64,000 bases of DNA, taken from the sequence record MT661596.1; one strand, 5' to 3'. Below the pieces are notes generated by a model. That model searched no databases. It worked only from the letters and a program-made list of their open reading frames with translations, and was not told the DNA's origin. The number at the start of each line of letters is the position of its first letter. The stretch's first letter is position 1. Of the stretch, positions 45,852 through 55,740 are shown one piece after another. A program made the position numbers and the translations under genes.

Positions 45852-46295
45852 TCAGTTGGCTTGGGTTTGTTGTGCGCTTAATGCAGCCTGACGAGCTGAT
45901 TCCGCATAAGTGTATAATGGCATGGTGTGTGCTGTTTTAATTTCTAGCAACCATTGCTGTAATAAAGTATACTGTTCACCAATTGCAAGGAATTGCATTA
46001 TCTGGTCTTCTTTCATGGCATAGCCAGATTTACCTTGATGGGTCAAAGTAATTTGTTCTAATTGTGTAGAAGCTTTTTGAACAGCGTCTAATGTAACTTC
46101 GATATGATGGCTTACTGCAGCATAGTCGGTGTGGAATGAAACAATATTTTCATTAGCGCAAATAAGTGCGGCATCACGAATGACCTTAATAAGCTCAATC
46201 GTATGGGTTCTTAGGGAGTCTAGATACTCCCAATTCTCATCGGGTCTTGTAACGACAGCCGCTAACGGGATGATTGGAGTAGGTTCATTTGACAT
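45852..46295 (-). CDS. hypothetical helical protein
   Basis: 147 aa. Confidence 0.7.
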   Translation of the reverse strand: MSNEPTPIIPLAAVVTRPDENWEYLDSLRTHTIELIKVIRDAALICANENIVSFHTDYAAVSHHIEVTLDAVQKASTQLEQITLTHQGKSGYAMKEDQIMQFLAIGEQYTLLQQWLLEIKTAHTMPLYTYAESARQAALSAQQTQAN

Positions 46296-46382
46296 CTTTA
46301 ATATTTCCTTAGATACTGTCTTGGCGAATGGTTTACATATATTCTCTCCATATATGTATCTTAATACAGAGGTTGCACTAAC

Positions 46383-47216
46383 ATGGCTGATTTTTCAGAA
46401 TTAAATGATTATTTATCTGATGTCACTACAGATGTCAGAAGAGAGGCAACGATAACGTTATGTTCTAACATGGCGATGGTAGGTGATGAACAATTACAAC
46501 CTGACGTCGAACGATTACTTATGTCGTCGACTGTAGGCGAAGCACCTGCTGTTTTGGATGATTTAACTCGACTTCTATTTGACCACCTTTATGTGATGAC
46601 ACTCAATATGGGTATTGTTTGGATTGATGATATCAGTTACGACAACCTGTTTGAAATGGCGGACGTGCTGGATGGTTTGTTATTAATCGATGACACAGAA
46701 GATACAGGTGAAATAAAAGCGATATTAAGTAAAGACCAAAGCAATGAAGAAGTTTTAGTTGACGTTCTTACTTACGCATTAAATAAAGACATGCTTGGTG
46801 TGTTGGATTTACTCAACCATGTTGATGATGGGTTTATTCGCGGTTTAGAAACACTGACTAAAAATGTGTCTAAAGAAAATGAAATAGACACCGTTGCACA
46901 TAAGACTGGTGAATATATTAAGAACAGGCTAACTGCGGCTGTGACAACAATGCATCAAGGTTTGGCGTATCTGTACATTATGTCGGGTGGTGCACTTGGG
47001 GTCGATGTTGATTCGTTATTACAACTACACGAAGAAGAGTTAGTCAGTATTACCGACCAGCGCGTGTTGATTGAAGAAATTAAAGGGTTTCTTCTAGCAT
47101 CTAATGTCGAAGATGATAAACTCTACAATGAGGCTGTTCGATTAGTTAACCGTTGGGTCAATGATGATAGTGTTCTTCTTGGTTCAGCAAAACAACTAGA
47201 GGTTCTTAAACAATGA
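46383..47216 (+). CDS. conserved acidic hypothetical protein
   Basis: 277 aa, GAGG RBS, ATGA-coupled to vRNAP gene. Confidence 0.75.
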   Translation: MADFSELNDYLSDVTTDVRREATITLCSNMAMVGDEQLQPDVERLLMSSTVGEAPAVLDDLTRLLFDHLYVMTLNMGIVWIDDISYDNLFEMADVLDGLLLIDDTEDTGEIKAILSKDQSNEEVLVDVLTYALNKDMLGVLDLLNHVDDGFIRGLETLTKNVSKENEIDTVAHKTGEYIKNRLTAAVTTMHQGLAYLYIMSGGALGVDVDSLLQLHEEELVSITDQRVLIEEIKGFLLASNVEDDKLYNEAVRLVNRWVNDDSVLLGSAKQLEVLKQ

Positions 47217-48514
47217 CCTTAAAAGATTATCTTTTAGTTAGTGTCTATAATGGGGCGTATAAAAATACGCAATGGGTGATATCCGTACTTTCTATTATAG
47301 ACCCTGATTCAAAGTTCAGTAGCGATGATGTTGTTCCTTATCAGGCTATAAGAACAAGTAATGGTACTTGGGGTTTCTACGACCCTATTGAAAAAGGAGT
47401 AGTTGGGTTAGAAGGGGATTTAGACTTTAATTTCCCTATATTAACACCAGATACTGTTTTTGATATCAACCCAGGCGAAATAGTTAGTGTTAAGGAGCCT
47501 ATCAAAACTACTTTTGGGTGTATACTAGCAAACTGCTATTACCTCATCGATGTCGTCGGTGACCGCATCCCATTTATTAACAAAGAGTTTGATGGTAAGT
47601 TATTAAGGGGTATTTACGCTAAGCGAGTTTATGGCGATAATGACCCTAGAGCCGGTGAACCTGGCAACATGTCAGTGGCAGAGATGCAACGGTCTATTGA
47701 TAACGGTTATGCACTTGCTGAGTTTTCCTCGTTGTGTGTCCCGTCTGCATGCCCTGAAACAATGTACCCGCCTAAGTTCATCATCGAACTCAGAAACCGT
47801 CTATTTGAAGAGCATAAAGATGAACTATCAAATCCTGTTGTAATGGGGCGCATACAAGACCAGATACTGAAAGAGTATAAAGCTTATTTAATGAAGACCC
47901 CGTCCGCTAAATTCTTTGTGGGTAGTAAGACCATCAATCAGGCATTTAACAAAATGTTCATTACAGGTGGTATAGAGACCAGCTTTGGTGGTAATACGGT
48001 TGTTAAAGGTTCTTTGTACGAGGGTTGGGACTTATCTGTATTTCCTGCTTTATGTAACAACTCCATTGAAGGTTCTTACGACCGTGGGGCATCAACTGCC
48101 GATGGCGGTAAGAAAGTAAAAGACATTATTCGTGTAACTCAGAACATCTTAGTGTCTGATAAAGATTGTGGCACTAAAGTTGGCATTCCTTGGGTGTTAA
48201 CCGAAGTTGATATTGAACGCACCGTTGGGTCCTATGCATACACATCAGATAATAAAATGGTTCTTCTATCTGAAGAGGTCATTAGGTCGTTCATTGGTGA
48301 GCCACTTATTATCCGTAGTCCAGTGTGTTGCGATGCTGAGCATGGGGATAGTTGTCCTCAGTGTGCGGGTGACTCTAACTCTAAGAACCCTCGCGGGATA
48401 TCTTCTGGGTCATCTAAGATTGGTAGTAACTTAATGATAGCCAGTCTTAAAGGTATGCATAAAGGTAGTAAGATTGATTTAGTCAAATACGATTTAGATT
48501 TAGTTTTATCTTAA
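47213..48514 (+). CDS. virion RNA polymerase beta' subunit fragment (gp80-like)
   Basis: YDRGASTADGG, DCGT, IRSPVCC..CPQCAG, LKGMH. Confidence 0.85.
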   Translation: MTLKDYLLVSVYNGAYKNTQWVISVLSIIDPDSKFSSDDVVPYQAIRTSNGTWGFYDPIEKGVVGLEGDLDFNFPILTPDTVFDINPGEIVSVKEPIKTTFGCILANCYYLIDVVGDRIPFINKEFDGKLLRGIYAKRVYGDNDPRAGEPGNMSVAEMQRSIDNGYALAEFSSLCVPSACPETMYPPKFIIELRNRLFEEHKDELSNPVVMGRIQDQILKEYKAYLMKTPSAKFFVGSKTINQAFNKMFITGGIETSFGGNTVVKGSLYEGWDLSVFPALCNNSIEGSYDRGASTADGGKKVKDIIRVTQNILVSDKDCGTKVGIPWVLTEVDIERTVGSYAYTSDNKMVLLSEEVIRSFIGEPLIIRSPVCCDAEHGDSCPQCAGDSNSKNPRGISSGSSKIGSNLMIASLKGMHKGSKIDLVKYDLDLVLS

Positions 48515-48515
48515 A

Positions 48516-48525
48516 CCTACATTAT
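48516..48525 (+). promoter_or_regulatory. early-type promoter motif
   Basis: AAACCTACATTAT, followed by hairpin-TTTATGCC at 48530-48562. Confidence 0.6.
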
Positions 48526-48584
48526 ACAAGGGAGATGTGTAAAAGCGTCTCCCCTTTATGCCAAATTAATTAACAGGAGTATAT

Positions 48585-49292
48585 ATGGATGGTTTTTTAT
48601 TAGTCACTATCGGTGATAATGTCATGAGTTATCTCACACCTTCAACTAGCACCACGTTTGTAGACGAAATTGATGCTATCTCAAAGTGTTTAAAACGTAA
48701 GTGTTTTCAAAACCCAGTTTTACAGTTAGCGTATAACCGCCACAAGAAAGACGATATTGAATTTATATACGCTGTTTCCGACGAACCTATTGCCGCCATG
48801 AGGCGGTATGTAATCAAACGTATGCTAACTAGTCATGGGGTTAAATTACCATTTATAGCTAATTGGGTAGATGTCTTAGCGTGTCCTGGTTTTATAGCTG
48901 TGATGACCACAGAAGGTAATCATGATACACGTTATGTCACGCACCTTGGTAAAGCCGTATTACTTTGCAATACTAAGGTAGACCCGACTGTTAAGGAAGT
49001 TATAGGTCTTACTCCAGCTGACCACAACCCGAGTAACAAGACACCACTACCTACACACCTTATACACTTACCCATATATGCGGATAGACCCTATAAAGAA
49101 ATTAAAGGTAAGCGAGTCATCACGCCCAATAAAACTGAAGCGCCAGTTGATGAAGTAAACCTAAGTATAGAAGGTTTACTATACCCATCATTTAAAGCTG
49201 CGTGTGATGCACTAGACATCGACTACGTTGAATTAAAATCAAGAGTAGACAGTGACTCAACTAAATATAAAGATTGGTTAATTATAACTTAA
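48585..49292 (+). CDS. degenerate GIY-YIG/NUMOD-like DNA-binding protein
   Basis: NPVLQLAYN segment and C-terminal SIEGLLYPSFKAACDAL...W; canonical catalytic motif not seen. Confidence 0.5.
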   Translation: MDGFLLVTIGDNVMSYLTPSTSTTFVDEIDAISKCLKRKCFQNPVLQLAYNRHKKDDIEFIYAVSDEPIAAMRRYVIKRMLTSHGVKLPFIANWVDVLACPGFIAVMTTEGNHDTRYVTHLGKAVLLCNTKVDPTVKEVIGLTPADHNPSNKTPLPTHLIHLPIYADRPYKEIKGKRVITPNKTEAPVDEVNLSIEGLLYPSFKAACDALDIDYVELKSRVDSDSTKYKDWLIIT

Positions 49293-49435
49293 TTAATTAA
49301 GTATATGCAAGGTATTATTATTATTTATTAATATCAGCATATATTTTGTCTCGTTAGCGTAAGCTCGCTAGAAAACACTTATTAATGTTTACATACGAAT
49401 AGCAGTATATTTAAATAAATACATAAGAGGTACAT

Positions 49436-50134
49436 ATGGAAAAGTCTAGTAATATTGAATACCACTTTGGTGCTATCATGACAAGTATCATTGAGGTGCT
49501 AATGTCCAAAGGTAAATACAACCTACCTAAGTTAGAACTAACCCCCTCTTCAATAAAACGTATTGATTCAACAGACCCAGTTATTAACGAGCTGTCTAAT
49601 GTGCTATCTAGTATGGATTGGACAGATGAGGAAGTTCTTAACATTGCTTCTGGTTGTTGCTACGAACCCTGTAAGATATACAACCAAGGTAAAGTCGTTT
49701 GTGTTGGGCTAAAAGTATTTAACAGCGACACAAACAAACTGGATGTCGTTTGGGTGTTGACACCAGAAGGTAAAGCCGAGTCAGGCGACTACACACAAGC
49801 TTATAACACGATGAAAAATCTAGTTACCGAAGAGCAGCAGTATGTGGGTGAGTACAATGCAGTGGTTGTTAACGTGACAGGTCCTTACAACTGGGATACT
49901 ATCCGAACTCTTTGTGTTAACAAACCCGCTGACGTAACCTTCTCTGTGTTAGGTAGCGATGTTGTTTATCAGGTGGGTATAGATTCATTCACCTTAATGA
50001 ACAGAACTTCTCTAATGGCACCTGCTGCGTTAATTAAACGCGTAGAACATCACCTTGGGAGTGGCCAGTTTGATAATAATAAAAATAACTGGTTCATCTA
50101 TAAAAAGAAAAGAACTCCCGATGTAATCGTGTAA
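49436..50134 (+). CDS. hypothetical protein
   Basis: 232 aa, AAGAGGT RBS. Confidence 0.75.
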   Translation: MEKSSNIEYHFGAIMTSIIEVLMSKGKYNLPKLELTPSSIKRIDSTDPVINELSNVLSSMDWTDEEVLNIASGCCYEPCKIYNQGKVVCVGLKVFNSDTNKLDVVWVLTPEGKAESGDYTQAYNTMKNLVTEEQQYVGEYNAVVVNVTGPYNWDTIRTLCVNKPADVTFSVLGSDVVYQVGIDSFTLMNRTSLMAPAALIKRVEHHLGSGQFDNNKNNWFIYKKKRTPDVIV

Positions 50135-50193
50135 AACCTTACAACTATCAAGCATGGTATAAATAATCAAAAAGCAATTGGAGTTATAAATTA

Positions 50194-50640
50194 ATGGAAA
50201 CTAATAAAATTATTGAGTCGGCAATCTCAGCTTTAACTATAACGCCCCCTAACCTGTATACGCGACTGACTATCACTCCAGATAAGGTATTATTAACACC
50301 GGTTTCTCACACCGTCAAAAAGATGGTGGATGAACTAACAAATCCAGCGATAATAAAAAAGACACTGAGTGATAAAAAGTTCAGTCTTTTATTTATAGAA
50401 CTCACTCCTAAATCAGTAATCACTGGTTTAGTTATTGATAATAACTTTAATGAGTCACCTGAGAAAGCGGTCAGCTGGGTGTCTTTACCTGCCGATATTG
50501 ATAGTCATAAACCCGAGCTAGTTAAGGGTAAAGTGTTGCTCGCGTTAAATAACATGATTCCTAAGGGTGGAGTTTATAACGTTGAAATTAAAAATGTAAC
50601 AGAACTCTATATGGCAGATACAAAATCAATGGGACTCTAG
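50194..50640 (+). CDS. hypothetical protein
   Basis: 148 aa, GGAG RBS. Confidence 0.7.
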   Translation: METNKIIESAISALTITPPNLYTRLTITPDKVLLTPVSHTVKKMVDELTNPAIIKKTLSDKKFSLLFIELTPKSVITGLVIDNNFNESPEKAVSWVSLPADIDSHKPELVKGKVLLALNNMIPKGGVYNVEIKNVTELYMADTKSMGL

Positions 50641-50642
50641 TT

Positions 50643-51446
50643 ATGTTAATCAATAAAGAAGACCCTCTCTTACATGTAATCCGGTTAGAAGACCCTACTT
50701 TAAAACACCCAGGTCTTTACACCTATTTATGCACCGCTGATGATGTTGAAATGGCAATCAGCTCTGTTAGAAACGCTCTGAACTCAGGAACCTTTATACA
50801 CACCCTTGTTCAAGGATTGTACGATGACCTTAAAGCGCGTTATGGTAAAGCAGCTAACGATTGTGTGACTCATCAGTTCGTACAACACCATGGCTCCACC
50901 GGGTATATAGCAGGTCATGTATTTATTATAGACAGTATAATAACAGGCGCGGGTTTAACTCGGATTGCCAACATTGGTGATTGGTTAAGTTGCCCAGGGT
51001 ACATCACACACCCTGAACCCGGTATAACTTCACCAGCAGACCCATCTAACTGTATAATGGTAACAGATATTGCCAAATATTTTCAAAGTAAGGATTATTT
51101 TGAATCTGACGATTACCCACCTTACACGCTAGAATGTCCTGCTGATGGGTTGACTCCACCTATTCTAGAGACTCATGAATTACCTAGAGCCGATGAAAGT
51201 TATTATTCATCTATTATTATAGCACAAAATAACAACGTAATGAGATTATCGTATAACCCGGTTAATGACGTCGCTTTTGTCCCGCCCGGTATAATCAACA
51301 AACCCATTAAGGTCGGTGGGTTGCGTTACAGTTCTTTAAATAATATGTGTCGTGTTAACAACATACCTCTCTGGTACGCTTATGGGTTAGCTACTTCTAG
51401 TCCGACTAATTCAAATGGCGATATCTGGGAGTTGTGCTCCGAGTAA
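50643..51446 (+). CDS. degenerate GIY-YIG/NUMOD-like protein, paralogue of 48585
   Basis: Similar N-terminal architecture and C-terminal VGGLRYSSL...W. Confidence 0.45.
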   Translation: MLINKEDPLLHVIRLEDPTLKHPGLYTYLCTADDVEMAISSVRNALNSGTFIHTLVQGLYDDLKARYGKAANDCVTHQFVQHHGSTGYIAGHVFIIDSIITGAGLTRIANIGDWLSCPGYITHPEPGITSPADPSNCIMVTDIAKYFQSKDYFESDDYPPYTLECPADGLTPPILETHELPRADESYYSSIIIAQNNNVMRLSYNPVNDVAFVPPGIINKPIKVGGLRYSSLNNMCRVNNIPLWYAYGLATSSPTNSNGDIWELCSE

Positions 51447-51464
51447 ACTTAAATAGGAACCATC

Positions 51465-52127
51465 ATGTCAAAGAACAATGGAAAGAACCGCGAACTAAAT
51501 ATCGATGTTGCGGCAACCACCACGCCAACTCAACCTGCCAAAGAACCTGTTGTGAATAACAAACTCGAGGCACTCGCTGCTGCTGCTGAACAGGTAATCG
51601 CAGAACAACCTATCAAAACAACAGTTGTTGAAGAAAAACAACCTGACTTTAAACAAACTCAGAAAGAGCCTATTAAACGCACTGATGGAATGAGCGACCT
51701 CGTTAAGGTAATCATTAACCGCCTTAACACATACGTTTCTCGTATGAAACCAGGTGCACCTCAATCCGAAAAAGAAGGCGTTCAAAACCAAATTCAATTG
51801 TATCGACTTATTCAAGAGATTACTAAGTTAGACCCGATTGAATTTAAAATTGCGATGGATGCGTTACTTGATTTAATTTATGAAAACCGTGCAGGTGCGT
51901 TTAGCGACCTTTACACACTTCGTTATTTTGAAGCACTTTCTCCTCGACTGACAGATAAACAAGTTATTGATTTCAGTCGTATGTTAAGTCTATTCACTAC
52001 GGTTGGACAACGCACCAATCGTTCAGCAGCCGCTAAACAAGTTGACCTGGCTTTAGCGTTAGCATATATGCCAAATGCAGAAGCACGTCAAAAGATGGCA
52101 GCTTACTTTGAAGCGTTAAAAGGTTAA
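51465..52127 (+). CDS. conserved hypothetical protein (phiKZ gp81 position)
   Basis: 220 aa, low-complexity N-terminus, helical C-terminus. Confidence 0.7.
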   Translation: MSKNNGKNRELNIDVAATTTPTQPAKEPVVNNKLEALAAAAEQVIAEQPIKTTVVEEKQPDFKQTQKEPIKRTDGMSDLVKVIINRLNTYVSRMKPGAPQSEKEGVQNQIQLYRLIQEITKLDPIEFKIAMDALLDLIYENRAGAFSDLYTLRYFEALSPRLTDKQVIDFSRMLSLFTTVGQRTNRSAAAKQVDLALALAYMPNAEARQKMAAYFEALKG

Positions 52128-52141
52128 TTGTAAAACAAAAT

Positions 52142-52182
52142 CGGTATAAAGGGTAGCCCGTTTGGGCTACCTCTTATGCCGG
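52142..52182. terminator. bidirectional hairpin flanked by CGGTATAA/TTATGCCG
   Basis: GGTAGCCC-GTTT-GGGCTACC, same hairpin as 4471 and 60188. Confidence 0.7.
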
Positions 52183-52207
52183 TCTTATTTCTTTTTTTTT
52201 TATAAAC

Positions 52208-53008
52208 TTAAACGAGTGGCTTCACGTTAGTGCCAGGGAATTCTCTATCTTCTCCCCAAATTATACGGACAACACCTGAAGCAGCAAAGGAGCGAGAACT
52301 GTTAGAACCATTACCGCCACCGCCATGAGGGGTGTTAGGAACTAAGTTAATAGACCCGTGCCCGCCATTAGGGTTTGTAGATGTCGACCCACCGGCACCA
52401 TTACTACCTGGACCGTAAACACCCGTGTCACCACCATTACCAGATGGCTTTGACTCACTATTGCCCTTACCGCCACCGCCTGCTCCTCCATAGCCAGATG
52501 ACCCAGCTTTACCACGGTCACCCCCTACACCCCCTGTATAACCATAGCCTGCGGCTCCACCGCCACCACCAGCAACACTGGCTTGACCTTCACCACCACG
52601 ACCCCCATCATAACCACCATCATTATCTGGATTGGCATTCTTGCCGCCACGACCACCGGAACCAGACTGTTTTTGGTATCCAGGTGACCCGCCATACGCT
52701 ATACATATTTGAGTGTTATCATAGTTAACGTAACTAGATTGACCACTTGAACCATTAGCGCCGCCTCTTGCAACCCACACACTGAGTTCTTCTCCAGGAG
52801 TTACAGGGTAGTGATTTCTCCAAGATAAACCACCCCCACCACCTCCACCTCCTCCATAAGAGGTAGACCCGCCTCCGCCTCCGCCTATACAGAGTATACA
52901 TATAGAAGTAACCCCATCAGGAACTTTAACTTTATGTTCACCTAATCTGGTAAATAAGAATTCTCCACCATTCATTAGATTGGGGGTATTAAATAGTAAT
53001 TCATTCAT
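52208..53008 (-). CDS. glycine-rich protein (putative virion/tail accessory), copy 2
   Basis: GGGGGG runs; VPDGVTSICILCIGGGGGG; ends GVVRIIWGE.R.FP.TNV. Confidence 0.75.
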   Translation of the reverse strand: MNELLFNTPNLMNGGEFLFTRLGEHKVKVPDGVTSICILCIGGGGGGSTSYGGGGGGGGGLSWRNHYPVTPGEELSVWVARGGANGSSGQSSYVNYDNTQICIAYGGSPGYQKQSGSGGRGGKNANPDNDGGYDGGRGGEGQASVAGGGGGAAGYGYTGGVGGDRGKAGSSGYGGAGGGGKGNSESKPSGNGGDTGVYGPGSNGAGGSTSTNPNGGHGSINLVPNTPHGGGGNGSNSSRSFAASGVVRIIWGEDREFPGTNVKPLV

Positions 53009-53817
53009 TTTGATGGTCCTACGTTTGTTGATGGGAATGCACGACCTTCACCCCAGACTATACGAACACCCCCTTTACCACCTGCCTTCATAGAGTTGGC
53101 ACCAGCACCACCACCATAAACCATACCTACACCGCCAGAACCTGGGAAGCCAGCTTTGTGATTACCGCTACCGCCCTGACCGTTACTACCCACACCAAAT
53201 AACCCTACACCACCCCCATCACCAGATGGAGAGCTCACACCTTCACCACCACTCTTACCGCCGCCTCCGCCACCGCCAGAACCAGGATTACCGTAGTTTC
53301 CTTTCGAGCCAGCGCCACCAGTACCGGTGTAACCTGCAGCACCGCCAGAACCACCGGATACAGATGCCTGACCTGCGCTACCTTCACCACCAACACCGCC
53401 ACCATCATTAATAGGGTTGTCTACCTTACCACCAGGACCACCATCAGAGTAATCTTTTCTATTACGGGCTCGACCACCCTGAGCACTAACAAGTTTAACC
53501 CAATCGCCCCGGTGGATATAACTATCACCACCATGCCCAGCATTATTAGATGATGTTAATCCGGCTTTACCACCGGCACCAACAACAACGAGTAGTTTTT
53601 CACCTGGTGTTACAGGGATGTTATTGCGCCAGGATAAACCGCCACCACCGGAACCACCACATGCATACCCGATACTTCCACCACCACCTCCGCCAACAAC
53701 GACGGCACAGATAGATGACACACCCATTGGCACTGTAAACTCATGGATACCAGGTTCATCAAATAACTTCTCACCAAAATCATTAGCCGAGGCGGTGCCA
53801 AGTAATAGCTCATTCAT
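53005..53817 (-). CDS. glycine-rich protein (putative virion/tail accessory), copy 1
   Basis: Same MNELL start and C-terminal motif as 52208 ORF. Confidence 0.75.
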   Translation of the reverse strand: MNELLLGTASANDFGEKLFDEPGIHEFTVPMGVSSICAVVVGGGGGGSIGYACGGSGGGGLSWRNNIPVTPGEKLLVVVGAGGKAGLTSSNNAGHGGDSYIHRGDWVKLVSAQGGRARNRKDYSDGGPGGKVDNPINDGGGVGGEGSAGQASVSGGSGGAAGYTGTGGAGSKGNYGNPGSGGGGGGGKSGGEGVSSPSGDGGGVGLFGVGSNGQGGSGNHKAGFPGSGGVGMVYGGGAGANSMKAGGKGGVRIVWGEGRAFPSTNVGPSK

Positions 53818-53865
53818 AGTTTACCTCTTATCTTTTTTCAATATACTCAGCTCATAGAATTAAAC

Positions 53866-53900
53866 CGGCATAAGAGATGTAGCCTAAGCTACACCTCTTT
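53866..53900 (-). terminator. hairpin + TTATGCCG element (minus strand)
   Basis: CGGCATAA then AGAG.TGTAGC/GCTACA.CTCT. Confidence 0.6.
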
Positions 53901-53912
53901 TATTACATATAA

Positions 53913-55649
53913 TTAAGCAACTTTAGAATCGTTAAAATCTTTTATATCCAGATTCTTTTCTTTGATGAATTCCTTAATAAGGGTTACTGAGGAAGGTGCT
54001 TTGTATAAGTTACGTGCAATCTCGCATGCGTTGTTCTTACCACCTGATGCAAGGTCAACCGCAATACGTCTGTAAGTGTCATCATCAACGTCTTCGATTG
54101 CTGTCATTTCTATCCATGTGGTTTGCTTACCAACATTCATTATCACTGCACCAGTAGGATACGCCCCTTCTACGTCAATATCGTTAGTACCCGTCCTTAC
54201 ATAACTTGCTAGGTTAGGAAGTTCTGCAAACATTGGTTTACCATTACGAGCCACAAGCTCGGTAGGTAACATAACAATCCAACCACCAAGAGACTGTATG
54301 TGGTCATCAAGTTCTGTTCGCATTTTATCAGAAGTGGTTCCCCATATATACCCGTTTTCCATAACCTTGTAATGCATGTCTTCAGCAATACGTGTTGGTT
54401 GCGAAGTAAAGTTACGGTACTCAGATATACCGCAGAACGCAGGAATCGCCATTGATAGGTCTTTTGTTTTCTCATCCATCATTTCAACAACAATACAGTC
54501 AAATAAGTTATAAATGACATATTCGTACTTGTAGTTGGTTTGCATGAATTCGTGCCAGTCCAGACCATGATACCCGTCTGCAGGTGGAAATGATAACTTA
54601 CCAATACCATCTAATACTTTTTGTGCAATAGTATCAAGTTTATAGTTTAACTCTTTACCTTTAGCAGTACGTAGATAGTAGTACGCACACATTGAATCAG
54701 CCCATCGGAAAGTTGCAGGTGCGTTTACATAAGGCCATTTTTCATAGTTAGCGAGTGGCGTTCTAACAACATTTTTACCATCATCTTTTACTTTGTGTGT
54801 TTTACCTTGGAAATAATCGACTTGACGGTACTCCTTAGGTACATCTGGGTCGCACAACACATCAGCAGGATTGATACCAAAATCTTCAAGTGTCTTAATA
54901 ACAACTTGAACGTCGAAGTCCATAACGTTCCAGCCAGTTATAAAATCAGGTTGCCACTCATGTGCCTTATTAAACAGTTTTACAAACCCATCTGCTGGAT
55001 GGTCAACAAACTCGAATTCTGCATTTAAGTTACGTGCCTTTACTGTATCACCTATTTCACGGTGCATAACCTCATGTAACTTTTTAATACGGTCTTCTTC
55101 AGAAAGACTGTCGTTCATGTACTCACGTATAACAAATGTGTACGATTTACCCTTAAATGATAACGATGCCATAATCGGGTAGTTTTTACCCGCGTGTTTA
55201 CCGACAACATCTGTTTCGATGTCGAACACAGAAACCTTGAACGGCGTCACTAGACCAGGAAACTTCTTTTCATACATATGTTTAATAATAGAAGGTGTTG
55301 CTAAATCAGCACCATAAACATAAGGGTTTCTAACAACCTGACGATAAGGAAGCTGTGTGTTACCTTGACCAAGACTACGACTTATGTGATTAGTTAGTTC
55401 GTGCTGAGCGCAAGTGAACTTCTGTAATTTCTTTATTTCTTCATAGTCTTTCTTATCTTTATGATTTCGATAAGCTGGTTTGGTTAAATAATAAGACCGT
55501 TTAAAATCCTTAATCATTCTTTTATTGGGTCTTGACTTGCCATCAGGTCCAATTATGTTTTCTTTGATAAAAAGAATATCGGAATCACCACGAGTTGACC
55601 GTGAATAAATAGCATGTTTACATTCGTATTTTTCATTACTTTGCTTCAT
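53913..55649 (-). CDS. family-B DNA polymerase, exonuclease/motif A subunit (gp82-like)
   Basis: FDIETD (ExoI), GWNVMDFD (ExoII), YNLFD (ExoIII), DIDVEGAYP (motif A); ATG 55649 preferred. Confidence 0.9.
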   Translation of the reverse strand: MKQSNEKYECKHAIYSRSTRGDSDILFIKENIIGPDGKSRPNKRMIKDFKRSYYLTKPAYRNHKDKKDYEEIKKLQKFTCAQHELTNHISRSLGQGNTQLPYRQVVRNPYVYGADLATPSIIKHMYEKKFPGLVTPFKVSVFDIETDVVGKHAGKNYPIMASLSFKGKSYTFVIREYMNDSLSEEDRIKKLHEVMHREIGDTVKARNLNAEFEFVDHPADGFVKLFNKAHEWQPDFITGWNVMDFDVQVVIKTLEDFGINPADVLCDPDVPKEYRQVDYFQGKTHKVKDDGKNVVRTPLANYEKWPYVNAPATFRWADSMCAYYYLRTAKGKELNYKLDTIAQKVLDGIGKLSFPPADGYHGLDWHEFMQTNYKYEYVIYNLFDCIVVEMMDEKTKDLSMAIPAFCGISEYRNFTSQPTRIAEDMHYKVMENGYIWGTTSDKMRTELDDHIQSLGGWIVMLPTELVARNGKPMFAELPNLASYVRTGTNDIDVEGAYPTGAVIMNVGKQTTWIEMTAIEDVDDDTYRRIAVDLASGGKNNACEIARNLYKAPSSVTLIKEFIKEKNLDIKDFNDSKVA

Positions 55650-55740
55650 AGTGCTTTCTAATCCTATGTTAAACACATTCACTAAACTCAACGTGTCTGT
55701 ATAATCTTCTATAACATCCGGCTACTTATTAATTTCTTAC

